Source: Oligoflexia bacterium (GTDB taxonomy: Bacteria; Bdellovibrionota; UBA1018). From it: 64,000 nt of DNA. Shown one piece after another: positions 19,278-28,332 of the stretch. A program made the position numbers and the translations under genes. How positions within the stretch are numbered: position 1 is the stretch's first letter; every line of letters begins with the position of its first letter. The notes under the pieces were generated by a model. The model did no database searches. It was not told where the DNA came from and worked only from the letters and a program-made list of their open reading frames with translations. The stretch covers positions 512,001-576,000 of the forward strand of contig CAVWVI010000004.1 of assembly GCA_963758495.1 (NCBI GenBank), written 5' to 3'.

Positions 19278-20684
19278 TCACCAAAACCTCGCCAGTGGAA
19301 ATCCAAATGTAATTCCTAAACTATTCGAACTGTAAGACACGGTATTAGGCTGGGCTTGCCAAGCAATATAATTCACTTCACCAAAAAGCTGCTTTCCCCA
19401 TCTGAGCCAGATATTGTAATAGGCGCTACCCGAAATCGAGGGATAAATAAAGGCCCCGGCTGCTAAATTCCTTCCTCTTTGAAAAGCGTCTCTATAAATC
19501 AATTCGAACCCTTGGGGAGCCGAGAAAACTAAGTAATATTGACCTTGCGCTTTAAATCCCATGGCATGTCCGCCAATCAGAAGATTCAGGGACGCTCTCC
19601 GATCTAAAAATCGATTATTTTCGAGTTTAAGATATAATCCAACGTCTGTGTAATTGTGAGAATCCAGCGCTGTCAGTCCGAATCCGACGACATTCACGTC
19701 TTCTGCAATAAAATAAGATCCATAGAGGGTCCCAAATACTGCAAAATTAGAAAAATCTTCTCCTCCCCCTGTAAAGCCATGGGAATAGCCACCTACTCCC
19801 ATACTCAATGAAAAAGCATGAAGTGTTTGTGCAATTTTGTAGTGAAGTAGGATTTTATGATCTTTACCCTGAAGTAACACTTGACCCGGCTGAGATTGCA
19901 GACGAAGAGGCCACATTGAGGGTGATGCAGCTTGAGTCTCCACTCCTCCTACTTGAATGGTTTGGCCCACATTATCCCAAAATGAAAATATTTCCAAACT
20001 TGCAGTCTGGCTGTTTTGGTTCATTGCACGTACTTGGCGACATCCTAAGTAAATCCAATCATCTAAACTTGGAGTCAAAGATTCAACAGAGACGCTAAAG
20101 GGTGAGCAACTCGAATCCACATAAACGTGATTGTCTGAGTTTTGCAGTTCTGTTCCAGGCTTAAATTGAACCTGTATTTTCCCTCGAAGGACTTGATCCC
20201 CTCGTTTTACACTGATCAAGATTGGATTTTTGTCACCCGAAAGCAATGCTATCGGGATTTCAGCGTGACCATGGCTTTGCTCTCCATGATCCTTGTCATG
20301 ATCCTTGTCAATGATAAGAGGTTGCGAGAACCCAGAACTGGACACCTCCCCTCCCTGCACATTTTGGACATCCACCACGAGTCTTGCTCTAGGTAAAACG
20401 AGAACTTCTCGGACCCGAACCCATTGCAAAGATCCCTTTGCTAATTGAACTTGGAGGTCAGGAATGGGATGACTCACCCATTGAAAATCAAAGTCTAACA
20501 CATCAAAATGATTTGGAGAAAAAGCCGTAGGAACCGACTCAGATAATACTTCATCGCTCAGAGAGGGAGGAAGTATAAGAACGTTCGCACTCAATTCTCT
20601 AGATGACACTAAAAAGAGTAATATCAGCACTTTATGGAAAACTCTGGAGAACAGATTATTTTTCACAGGATGGGTCACTCTCAT
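19278..20684 (-). CDS. Hypothetical secreted/outer-membrane protein
   Basis: Signal peptide; C-terminal alternating aromatic beta-strand pattern. Confidence 0.6.
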   Translation of the reverse strand: MRVTHPVKNNLFSRVFHKVLILLFLVSSRELSANVLILPPSLSDEVLSESVPTAFSPNHFDVLDFDFQWVSHPIPDLQVQLAKGSLQWVRVREVLVLPRARLVVDVQNVQGGEVSSSGFSQPLIIDKDHDKDHGEQSHGHAEIPIALLSGDKNPILISVKRGDQVLRGKIQVQFKPGTELQNSDNHVYVDSSCSPFSVSVESLTPSLDDWIYLGCRQVRAMNQNSQTASLEIFSFWDNVGQTIQVGGVETQAASPSMWPLRLQSQPGQVLLQGKDHKILLHYKIAQTLHAFSLSMGVGGYSHGFTGGGEDFSNFAVFGTLYGSYFIAEDVNVVGFGLTALDSHNYTDVGLYLKLENNRFLDRRASLNLLIGGHAMGFKAQGQYYLVFSAPQGFELIYRDAFQRGRNLAAGAFIYPSISGSAYYNIWLRWGKQLFGEVNYIAWQAQPNTVSYSSNSLGITFGFPLARFW

Positions 20685-20852
20685 GATCTGTCACTCTCTT
20701 CATTTTAGATTCGAAATTCACCAGAAGTCTATCAAAAGTCTACTGTCAAAAGTCTAATAAAGAGCTGCGGCCACTGAACTATCGGGTCTGATCTTCTGTT
20801 CTGGGCTTCTCTTCTGGCCTTCTGTTTTCATCAGTGGTTTAATGTTGGCACT

Positions 20853-21788
20853 ATGAATCAATCATGCAGTCCTTTGTCAGAAAGTCCCTCCGCGCGAAAT
20901 AATTCAACAAAAGTCATGGGCGCACTGGCACTCGTTCAAGTTTTATTTGGGATTAATTTTATTACCTCCAAAGTCATTATCCAAGTATTTCCGCCTCTTG
21001 CCTGGGCAAACTTTCGAGTATTTATTTCAGCAATTGCTTTATTAGGAATTGCGATCGCTACGGGGAAACCACATCCCCCTTTTAAAAAAGAATTTTTTGC
21101 CCCCCTCTGCCTCTATTCATTTTTGGGAATTGTAGTCAGTCAAAGCTCCTTTTTAATGGGCCTTCATTATACCACACCTACTAACGGTGCGATTTTAACG
21201 ACCCTCATTCCCATTTTTACGCTTCTTCTTGCGACCTTAAGCGGGCAGGAACCTCTTTTTAAAAGTCGTATTTTTGGCTTTTTCTTCGCTTTAACAGGAG
21301 TTCTCATCATCCGTCGAATAGAAACCTTCACTATTTCCGACCAATCTATACTGGGAGACGGGCTGATTTTATTGAATTGCTTCAGTTACAGCCTCTTCTT
21401 ACTGGTAAGCAAGAAATTTCTGGGGAAGTACCCCCCCCTATGGACGACGACTTGGTTCTTTATTATTGGAAGTCTCGAGCTCGCCATTGTAGCAGCACCC
21501 ACTTGGATTGGATTTAAATGGCCTTCTATGAACTCTTCGTTATTGGCATGTATGTTATTTTCCATTTTTGGAAGTACATTACTCGCGTATTTCCTCAACC
21601 TTTGGGCTCTTTCTCGAACTCGATCTTCCTTAGTGGCCCTCTTTATTTACCTCCAACCCGTCATTGCCAGCCTATTAAGCTGGATTTTATTTGGAGAAAT
21701 CATCTCCTCTCGAACCCTCCTCTCAAGCCTTCTCATCTTCACAGGAATGATTCTTGCCTCTACCCGAAAAAAAGTAGCTGCAACTTAG
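20853..21788 (+). CDS. EamA/DMT family transporter
   Basis: About 10 TMs; GLHYTTPTNGAIL, FIYLQPVIA. Confidence 0.9.
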   Translation: MNQSCSPLSESPSARNNSTKVMGALALVQVLFGINFITSKVIIQVFPPLAWANFRVFISAIALLGIAIATGKPHPPFKKEFFAPLCLYSFLGIVVSQSSFLMGLHYTTPTNGAILTTLIPIFTLLLATLSGQEPLFKSRIFGFFFALTGVLIIRRIETFTISDQSILGDGLILLNCFSYSLFLLVSKKFLGKYPPLWTTTWFFIIGSLELAIVAAPTWIGFKWPSMNSSLLACMLFSIFGSTLLAYFLNLWALSRTRSSLVALFIYLQPVIASLLSWILFGEIISSRTLLSSLLIFTGMILASTRKKVAAT

Positions 21789-21826
21789 AATGGAAAAAAA
21801 AGCCTTTTTGATTTAGATCTGAATGA

Positions 21827-22843
21827 ATGTCAAAATCTCAATCGATTGCTATTTTACAAGGGTCCCCTCGTAAGCTTATCATCGAATGGCTTTCTTGGTG
21901 GAATAGCCTCACTCTGCTCCAAAAGTACTCTCCTATGGTCTCCGTGAGTGCCTATTGGTTGACTCTCGCTCTTCTTAAGGGATTTCGAGGAGACCATTTA
22001 GCTGCTGGCCTGTTTATTTTAGCTTCAAGCTATTGTGGCAAAGCTGGAAGAATTTTATTAAATTTTGCCATGCCGTTTCTTCTCACTGGCATTGTGTACG
22101 ATAGTCAGCGATTTTATGCCGATTACCTCCGAGGCCCCATTCACGTTTCACAGCCTTATCTTTTTGATAAATTTTTCTTCGGAATCTCGACAGATCGTGG
22201 AGTACTCACTCCTAATGAATGGTGGCAACTCCATACGAATCCTGTGTTAGATGTCATTACAGGTTTTGCCTATTTAGTTTTTTTCAGTCTTTTCATCTTA
22301 ATTTCAGCTTATTTTGTATTTTACTTAAGTAAAATAGGAACCGCTAAACTCTCCTCAAAAGAAGTCTCACAAAAGGCCATTCGGATGCCTTGGGCTTTCT
22401 TCTGGCTTAATGTCGTGGGTTATTCTACTTATTATTGGTACGCGGCAGCTCCGCCTTGGTATGTTGCACTTTATGGTTTAGGTCCAGCACGAATGGAAGT
22501 TGCAGCCAGTTCGGCAGGTTGTGCTCGGTTTGATCTCATTCTAGGAACTCATTTTTTCTCTGAAATGTATGGTCGTGCTGCGGATGTTTTTGGTGCAATT
22601 CCATCTCTTCATGTCGCCTATCCCCTTCTCTCGGTTTATTTCGCATTTCAACTCGGTGCCGCTCGATTATTTTGTATTGGGTTTTATCTTTTAATGTGTT
22701 TTTCAGCAGTTTACCTGAATCATCATTACATTCTAGATATTGCGTGGGGATCTACGTATGCAATGCTCACAGGTTGGTTAACCAATCGATTTTATGAGTA
22801 TTCCGAAAGTAAACAACAGAAACAGCATTTAACTTTAAAATAA
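21827..22843 (+). CDS. AUR1/inositol-phosphorylceramide-synthase-like PAP2 membrane phosphotransferase
   Basis: YYWYAAAPPWY, FGAIPSLHVAY, VYLNHHYILDI. Confidence 0.82.
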   Translation: MSKSQSIAILQGSPRKLIIEWLSWWNSLTLLQKYSPMVSVSAYWLTLALLKGFRGDHLAAGLFILASSYCGKAGRILLNFAMPFLLTGIVYDSQRFYADYLRGPIHVSQPYLFDKFFFGISTDRGVLTPNEWWQLHTNPVLDVITGFAYLVFFSLFILISAYFVFYLSKIGTAKLSSKEVSQKAIRMPWAFFWLNVVGYSTYYWYAAAPPWYVALYGLGPARMEVAASSAGCARFDLILGTHFFSEMYGRAADVFGAIPSLHVAYPLLSVYFAFQLGAARLFCIGFYLLMCFSAVYLNHHYILDIAWGSTYAMLTGWLTNRFYEYSESKQQKQHLTLK

Positions 22844-22845
22844 CA

Positions 22846-23256
22846 ATGGAACTTACACCCTCCCATCATCATTCCTCCTTTTTGACTACTTTTAGCCGTT
22901 CTCAGGTGGCTTCCCTAGTCGCCACTTTATTGGATTACGCCATCCTCTTCCTCTTCACTGAAGTATTTAAAATCTGGTATGTCATCGCGACTGCCTCTGG
23001 AGCGATCGTGGGCGCTGTGACCAATTTCCTCATCAATCGGCACTGGAGCTTTCAGGCTACTCATGGAAACTGGGAGCGCCAAGCGAGAAGATATGCACTC
23101 GCATCGATAGGAAGCCTCATTTTAAACACAGGCGGAGTTTTTCTTGTCACGGAGTACGGACGGGTGCATTATGCCATTTCTGTTATCCTCGTGTCGGTCT
23201 TGGTTGGATTGATTTTTAACTACCCCATTTACCGTCATTATGTTTACCGATCTTAA
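22846..23256 (+). CDS. GtrA family membrane protein
   Basis: 4 TMs; VATLLDY, NFLINRHWSF. Confidence 0.88.
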   Translation: MELTPSHHHSSFLTTFSRSQVASLVATLLDYAILFLFTEVFKIWYVIATASGAIVGAVTNFLINRHWSFQATHGNWERQARRYALASIGSLILNTGGVFLVTEYGRVHYAISVILVSVLVGLIFNYPIYRHYVYRS

Positions 23257-23273
23257 AAAGTGAGAGGTTTTCG

Positions 23274-24626
23274 ATGATTAAAAAAGCTAAAGTCGTAACA
23301 GAAATTCCTGGACCTAAAAGCCGTGAAGTCCGTGCCCGAGAAGAAAAACACCTCGCACCTGGACTTCAACGTTTCGCCCTGATGGCCGGACTTGTCATCG
23401 AAAAAGGCCAGGGCAGTACTGTAACGGACGTAGACGGGAATGTATTCATTGATATTATTGGTGGAATTGGTGTCAATGGTTTGGGCCATAGCCACCCCAA
23501 ATACGTCAAAGCCATTCAAAACCAAGTCGAAAAACTCTCTGTAGGCAGCTTCACTTCCGAGCCTCGAGTTGAGCTCCTAGAGCGTATTGCAGAACATCGA
23601 CCTGCCCCCGATGTCCATCGAACCCAGCTTTACTCCAGTGGCGCGGAAGCAGTTGAATCTGCTTTACGTCTCGCTAAATGCGCGACTGGGAAATATGAAT
23701 TTGTAAGTTTTTTTGGCGGATTTCACGGAAAAACCATGGGTGTTCTTTCCTTAATGGGCTCAGACTTTAAAGACAAACTCGGTCCTATGGTACCCGGTTC
23801 ACACATTGCACCTTATGCTTACTGTTATCGATGTCCCTTAAAACTCAAATATCCTTCGTGCGGAATGGCCTGCGTAGAGATGGTTCGGAAACAAGTTAAA
23901 ATGAACTCCTCGGGCGCCGTAGCTGCCTTCATCGTTGAACCGATGCAGGGGTCCTATGGAAATATTATCCCTCCTCGTGAATTTTTGCCTGCCATTCAGT
24001 CGGTCGCAAAAGAAATGGGAGCTTTGTTTATTGCCGACGAAATGATCACAGGATTTGGACGAACCGGAAAATATTGGGGAATTGATCACTCAGGAGTAAG
24101 CCCTGACATTGTCACCATTGGAAAACAATTTGGAGGTGGAATTCCTGTCAGTGGCATTATCGCCAGTGACAAGATTGCTAACTCTCAACCTTGGTCAAAT
24201 CCATCTGGATCTTCCTCAAGCTACGGTGGAAATCCTCTCGTGTCAGCGGCAGGCGCTGCTGCTCTCAAAATCATCGATGAAGAAGACCTCGTCGGTAATT
24301 CGAAGAGAATGGGAGAATACTTCCTGAAAAAATTCATGCCGATGTTAGATCAATATCCCTTTGTCGGAGACGTTCGAGGCGCTGGCTTATTCCTAGGAAT
24401 TGAACTCGTAAAAGATAAAGAATCCAAAGAACCTCTCTCTAAAAATGTCACTTACAAAATTTTTCATGAGTGCCTCAACCGTGGCTTACTCACGATGTCC
24501 TATGAGGCTAAGTTTCGAATGCAACCCTCTATGACAATCGATGAAAAAACAGCAGATGAAGCGGTAGCGATCATCACGGAAGTGTTTGATGAGATGAAGG
24601 AAACTGGATACTGGAAGCAGGTTTAA
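23274..24626 (+). CDS. Class III PLP-dependent aminotransferase (GabT-like)
   Basis: SGAEAVESALR, FHGKT, VEPMQG, DEMITGFGRTG, PDIVTIGK. Confidence 0.92.
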   Translation: MIKKAKVVTEIPGPKSREVRAREEKHLAPGLQRFALMAGLVIEKGQGSTVTDVDGNVFIDIIGGIGVNGLGHSHPKYVKAIQNQVEKLSVGSFTSEPRVELLERIAEHRPAPDVHRTQLYSSGAEAVESALRLAKCATGKYEFVSFFGGFHGKTMGVLSLMGSDFKDKLGPMVPGSHIAPYAYCYRCPLKLKYPSCGMACVEMVRKQVKMNSSGAVAAFIVEPMQGSYGNIIPPREFLPAIQSVAKEMGALFIADEMITGFGRTGKYWGIDHSGVSPDIVTIGKQFGGGIPVSGIIASDKIANSQPWSNPSGSSSSYGGNPLVSAAGAAALKIIDEEDLVGNSKRMGEYFLKKFMPMLDQYPFVGDVRGAGLFLGIELVKDKESKEPLSKNVTYKIFHECLNRGLLTMSYEAKFRMQPSMTIDEKTADEAVAIITEVFDEMKETGYWKQV

Positions 24627-24631
24627 AGTTT

Positions 24632-24797
24632 GATTGTGCGCCTGCCACGAAGGATGAACTCAAGCTAAGTCATCATGATGACATCGCCTTTATTAATGAC
24701 TGTATGGTGAGTGGGCTCATATCGTCATTTTGCTTGGATGAGTATTTGAATTTTTTATGGATTTTCGCAATTCATCCTTCGTGACAGGCGCACAATG
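24632..24797. mobile_element. Putative MITE, 166 bp, with 26-bp terminal inverted repeats and 8-bp TSD
   Basis: ATTGTGCGCCTGCCACGAAGGATGAA (from 24633) vs TTCATCCTTCGTGACAGGCGCACAAT (to 24796), 25/26; TAAAGTTT at 24624-24631 and 24798-24805. Confidence 0.75.
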
Positions 24798-24948
24798 TAA
24801 AGTTTATAGTTTGTTTTAATGAAATCAATGCTGAATTTGGGAAGCACTGGACTGAGCGCACCAAGTCAGAAGATTGTATTCAGGAGCAATTATAAAATGA
24901 TGGATTTTCTAAAAAATCCCGCACTCCAATCCCGCACTTTTTCCCGAA

Positions 24949-26223
24949 TTATAATGAATCGGAATCACACTCAACAGTATCCGTCGAGTCTGTTGTAATG
25001 AGACGCGCCCCTCTTTGAAATGTCAGATAAGCCCATGCCCACTCGATCACCACCATCACTCGATTTCTAAATCCGATGAGGTAATAAATATGAACGATAA
25101 TCCATGTGATCCACGCGATGAATCCACTCATCCGTATTTTTCCGAGATCTACAATAGCGAATGATCTTCCAACGGTAGCTAAATTTCCTTTATCGAAATA
25201 TCTAAATGGTTTCAATTCTAAGAGACCACGAATCCTCTTCTGAATGACAGATGCAACATAACGCCCTTGTTGTATCGCCACCGGTGCAACACCTGGAAGA
25301 GGCACTCCATTTTGAAATAAACTTGCTGTATCACCTATTACAAAAATATTTGAATGACCGGGTACGGTCAGGTCCTCTCGCACCTTCACTCGACCCGTTC
25401 GATCTACGTCCGCTTTCAACCACTCACCCGCCGGAGAGGCCACCACTCCCGCACACCAAATCACGTTTTTTGACGCAATTCGCTTTCCAGAAATCACGAC
25501 TCCTTCTCGATCTATTTGATTCACTCGAGTATTCGTAAAAATACCCACTCCGAGTGACTCCAGTTTCTTCAGGGCCCGTTGTGCCAGACTATCTGGAAAG
25601 CTTGCTAAAATTCGGGGGCCAGCTTCGATCAGTATAATCTGAGTCAGTCGAGGATCAATATGCCTAAAATCTGATTTCAAAGCTTGGTGAGCCAGTTCAG
25701 CAATGGACCCCGCCATTTCCACTCCAGTGGGGCCGGCTCCAACTAGAACAAAAGTCAGCAGCGCTTTACGTTTTTCAGGGTCGGATTCCATTTCTGCGGC
25801 TTCGAAAGCAAGTAAAATATTTCGCCGAATTCGAGTTGCATCTACAATGGACTTCAGACCAGGAGCAAAGGCCTGCCAATCATTATGACCAAAATAACTA
25901 TACCAGGAGCCCGTTGCCACAACTAAATAATCATAATGTAATTTTTTGTCTTTCAATAAGACAAACTGTTCAATAGGATCTAATCCTATCACCTCGGCCA
26001 TGAGTACTTGCGTGTTGTCTTGCTTTCTTAACACGGATCGAATCGGCGTCGCAATATCTGCAGGGGACAATCCCGCTGTCGCGACTTGATAAAGTAGAGG
26101 TTGAAATAAGTGATAATTTCTACGATCAATCAAGGTAATGTCAACAGTCGCTTTACGCAAAGAGCGCGCCACCGTCAACCCACCAAACCCACCTCCAATA
26201 ATCACCAATTGAGGCTTCACCAT
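24949..26223 (-). CDS. ndh: Type II NADH dehydrogenase (NDH-2)
   Basis: GGGFGG, HLFQPLLYQVAT, GAGPTGVEMAG, FRYFDKGNLATVGR. Confidence 0.92.
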   Translation of the reverse strand: MVKPQLVIIGGGFGGLTVARSLRKATVDITLIDRRNYHLFQPLLYQVATAGLSPADIATPIRSVLRKQDNTQVLMAEVIGLDPIEQFVLLKDKKLHYDYLVVATGSWYSYFGHNDWQAFAPGLKSIVDATRIRRNILLAFEAAEMESDPEKRKALLTFVLVGAGPTGVEMAGSIAELAHQALKSDFRHIDPRLTQIILIEAGPRILASFPDSLAQRALKKLESLGVGIFTNTRVNQIDREGVVISGKRIASKNVIWCAGVVASPAGEWLKADVDRTGRVKVREDLTVPGHSNIFVIGDTASLFQNGVPLPGVAPVAIQQGRYVASVIQKRIRGLLELKPFRYFDKGNLATVGRSFAIVDLGKIRMSGFIAWITWIIVHIYYLIGFRNRVMVVIEWAWAYLTFQRGARLITTDSTDTVECDSDSL

Positions 26224-26271
26224 TGAACTCCCGTACTAGACTGAAGCAAGAGTGTTTGATATAATTTTGTC

Positions 26272-27459
26272 ATGAAATCCACCCGAGACTCACTTCTACA
26301 TGACATTCTTTCACAACCCACTGCCCCTTTCCGTGAAGGTCATATTATATCCAGGATCACTCAGGAATTAAAATCGGAATCTGTCCCTCATTTTATCGAT
26401 CCTATTGGCAACGTCGTCATTGGCGCCCATTCAAAAGCTGATTACCTGCGTCTCGTTCGTCAACCCACCCAAGAACCACTCCGAATTTTTATTGCCCACA
26501 TGGATCACCCCGGGTTTCATGGCGTCAAATGGAAAACCAAATTAGAACTCGAAATTAAATGGCATGGAGGATCACCGACAAAGCATCTCGAAGGGGCCCA
26601 AGTTTGGATCAGCGACTCGACAGGATATTTGGGTAAAGGCAAAATAAAAAATGCAAAACTTCTCGCGTCAGGAAGAGCAATTGAATCAGCCACTGTTATC
26701 TTGCAAAAAGAAATCGCCTCTTCATCGCAGAAAGCACTCAATCCAAAAAACTTGTTTGGAGGATTTAGTTTTCGAGCCCCTCTGTGGAAGAAAAAAGAAA
26801 TGATCTACACAAAAGCGGCAGATGATTTAATCGGTTGCTTTTCTATTACTTCACTCGCTTTGGATTTATGGAAAAAGCGCAAACAGTCTGCTCCCATTCC
26901 CTTCTTAGGACTTTTGACTCGAGCAGAAGAAGTGGGATTTATCGGTGCCATCGGCCATCTGAATTTGGGGTGGTTAAAAAAGCCTAAAAGACCGCTTCTC
27001 TGCGTCAGCCTAGAAACTTCACGCACACTGCCTGGCGCAGAAATTGGAAAAGGCCCAGTGGTTCGCCTAGGAGACAAGTTCACGGTTTTTGATTCAGGAG
27101 CCTTACGCGTTTTCTCTGACCTAGCCGTGTCAGAACTCCCTGAAAAGCATCAACGAAAAGTGATGGACGGTGGAACTTGCGAAGCCTCTGCTGCCACTGT
27201 TTTTGGTATTCCTTGCATTGGCATTTCCGTACCTCTCGGAAACTATCATAATCAAAGCTTTGAAGGAGGACCAGACGCTGCGCCTCCTCATGGCCCAGCT
27301 CCCGAATTTGTCCATTCCCAAGATATAGAAGGTTTATTGAAACTCTGTCATGCCCTACTTAAACCCAAACTCCCCTGGTCTTCACCTTGGGAAACTAAAA
27401 TGAAAGAATTGAATAAAAGTCTAAAAAATTACACGCCCCTTCTTCGTTCCGGGCCCTAA
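26272..27459 (+). CDS. M20/M28/M42-clan metallopeptidase-like protein
   Basis: AHMDHPG, ADDLIG, RAEEVG, GNYH. Confidence 0.8.
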   Translation: MKSTRDSLLHDILSQPTAPFREGHIISRITQELKSESVPHFIDPIGNVVIGAHSKADYLRLVRQPTQEPLRIFIAHMDHPGFHGVKWKTKLELEIKWHGGSPTKHLEGAQVWISDSTGYLGKGKIKNAKLLASGRAIESATVILQKEIASSSQKALNPKNLFGGFSFRAPLWKKKEMIYTKAADDLIGCFSITSLALDLWKKRKQSAPIPFLGLLTRAEEVGFIGAIGHLNLGWLKKPKRPLLCVSLETSRTLPGAEIGKGPVVRLGDKFTVFDSGALRVFSDLAVSELPEKHQRKVMDGGTCEASAATVFGIPCIGISVPLGNYHNQSFEGGPDAAPPHGPAPEFVHSQDIEGLLKLCHALLKPKLPWSSPWETKMKELNKSLKNYTPLLRSGP

Positions 27460-27462
27460 TCC

Positions 27463-28290
27463 ATGACACTAAAAAATCCACTCTTAAACAAGCTCTCTTA
27501 TTTTTTTAGAATCACCCTCCTTCGAGTACTCTTAGATACACAAACTCAAATCAAACAATCACAACTTTTAATGGTAGCTGCAAGTCAAGCTTATGTGACT
27601 ATTTTATCCATTATCCCAGCTCTAGCACTGAGTTTTGCAGTCTTTCAAGCCTTTGGTGGCATGCAAAAGCTCAATAGCATCATTGTTCCTCTCATTTTAT
27701 CGAATCTCGCAGAAGGAACGAGCGACGAAGTGGTGGCTCTGCTCCACAAATTTATAGACAACACTCATGCCGCAGCGATTGGGGTCGGCGGACTCGTCGG
27801 CTTGATTTTTACTACAATGAGCATGTTATCTAATGCAGAAAAAGCAATTAATCAGGTCTGGCAAACTCGTATTACTCGAGGTTTTCTTCAAAGAATCGCT
27901 ACTTATTGGCTGTTTATTACCTTAGGGCCATTAGCGCTTTCTATTGTGATTGGATTCGCTACGTCATCCAGTCTCCCCCTGATGCGCTTTTTCCCCAACG
28001 GTACGGGAATGTTCCTCATCTCCATTGGTCTCTTTTTTTGTATTTATAAATGGGTTCCTCAGGCCAAGGTGAAATCGACCTATGCGCTCATTTCCGCAGT
28101 CTTAACGGCATCTTGTTGGAACCTGGCCCGACTGGGATATTCCCTCTACACTGAAAAAGTAGTGACCTATAACGTTGTCTACGGCAGTTTAGGAGCAGTG
28201 CCTATTTTACTCCTATGGATCTATATTATTTGGATTATTATATTAACAGGTGCGGCCTTTACTGCCGCTCTTCAAAAGCGCGCGGGATAA
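27463..28290 (+). CDS. YihY/BrkB family membrane protein
   Basis: EKAINQVW, YNVVYGSLGAVPILLLWIY. Confidence 0.9.
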   Translation: MTLKNPLLNKLSYFFRITLLRVLLDTQTQIKQSQLLMVAASQAYVTILSIIPALALSFAVFQAFGGMQKLNSIIVPLILSNLAEGTSDEVVALLHKFIDNTHAAAIGVGGLVGLIFTTMSMLSNAEKAINQVWQTRITRGFLQRIATYWLFITLGPLALSIVIGFATSSSLPLMRFFPNGTGMFLISIGLFFCIYKWVPQAKVKSTYALISAVLTASCWNLARLGYSLYTEKVVTYNVVYGSLGAVPILLLWIYIIWIIILTGAAFTAALQKRAG

Positions 28291-28332
28291 TCAGTTGCTT
28301 TCATCTGATGACTCAAGTAATAACCATTAAAA

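Noticed and set aside
24632..24797. Group II intron
   Set aside because: GTGCG occurs at both ends, but the element is 166 bp, lacks domain V and an RT, and has a TSD.
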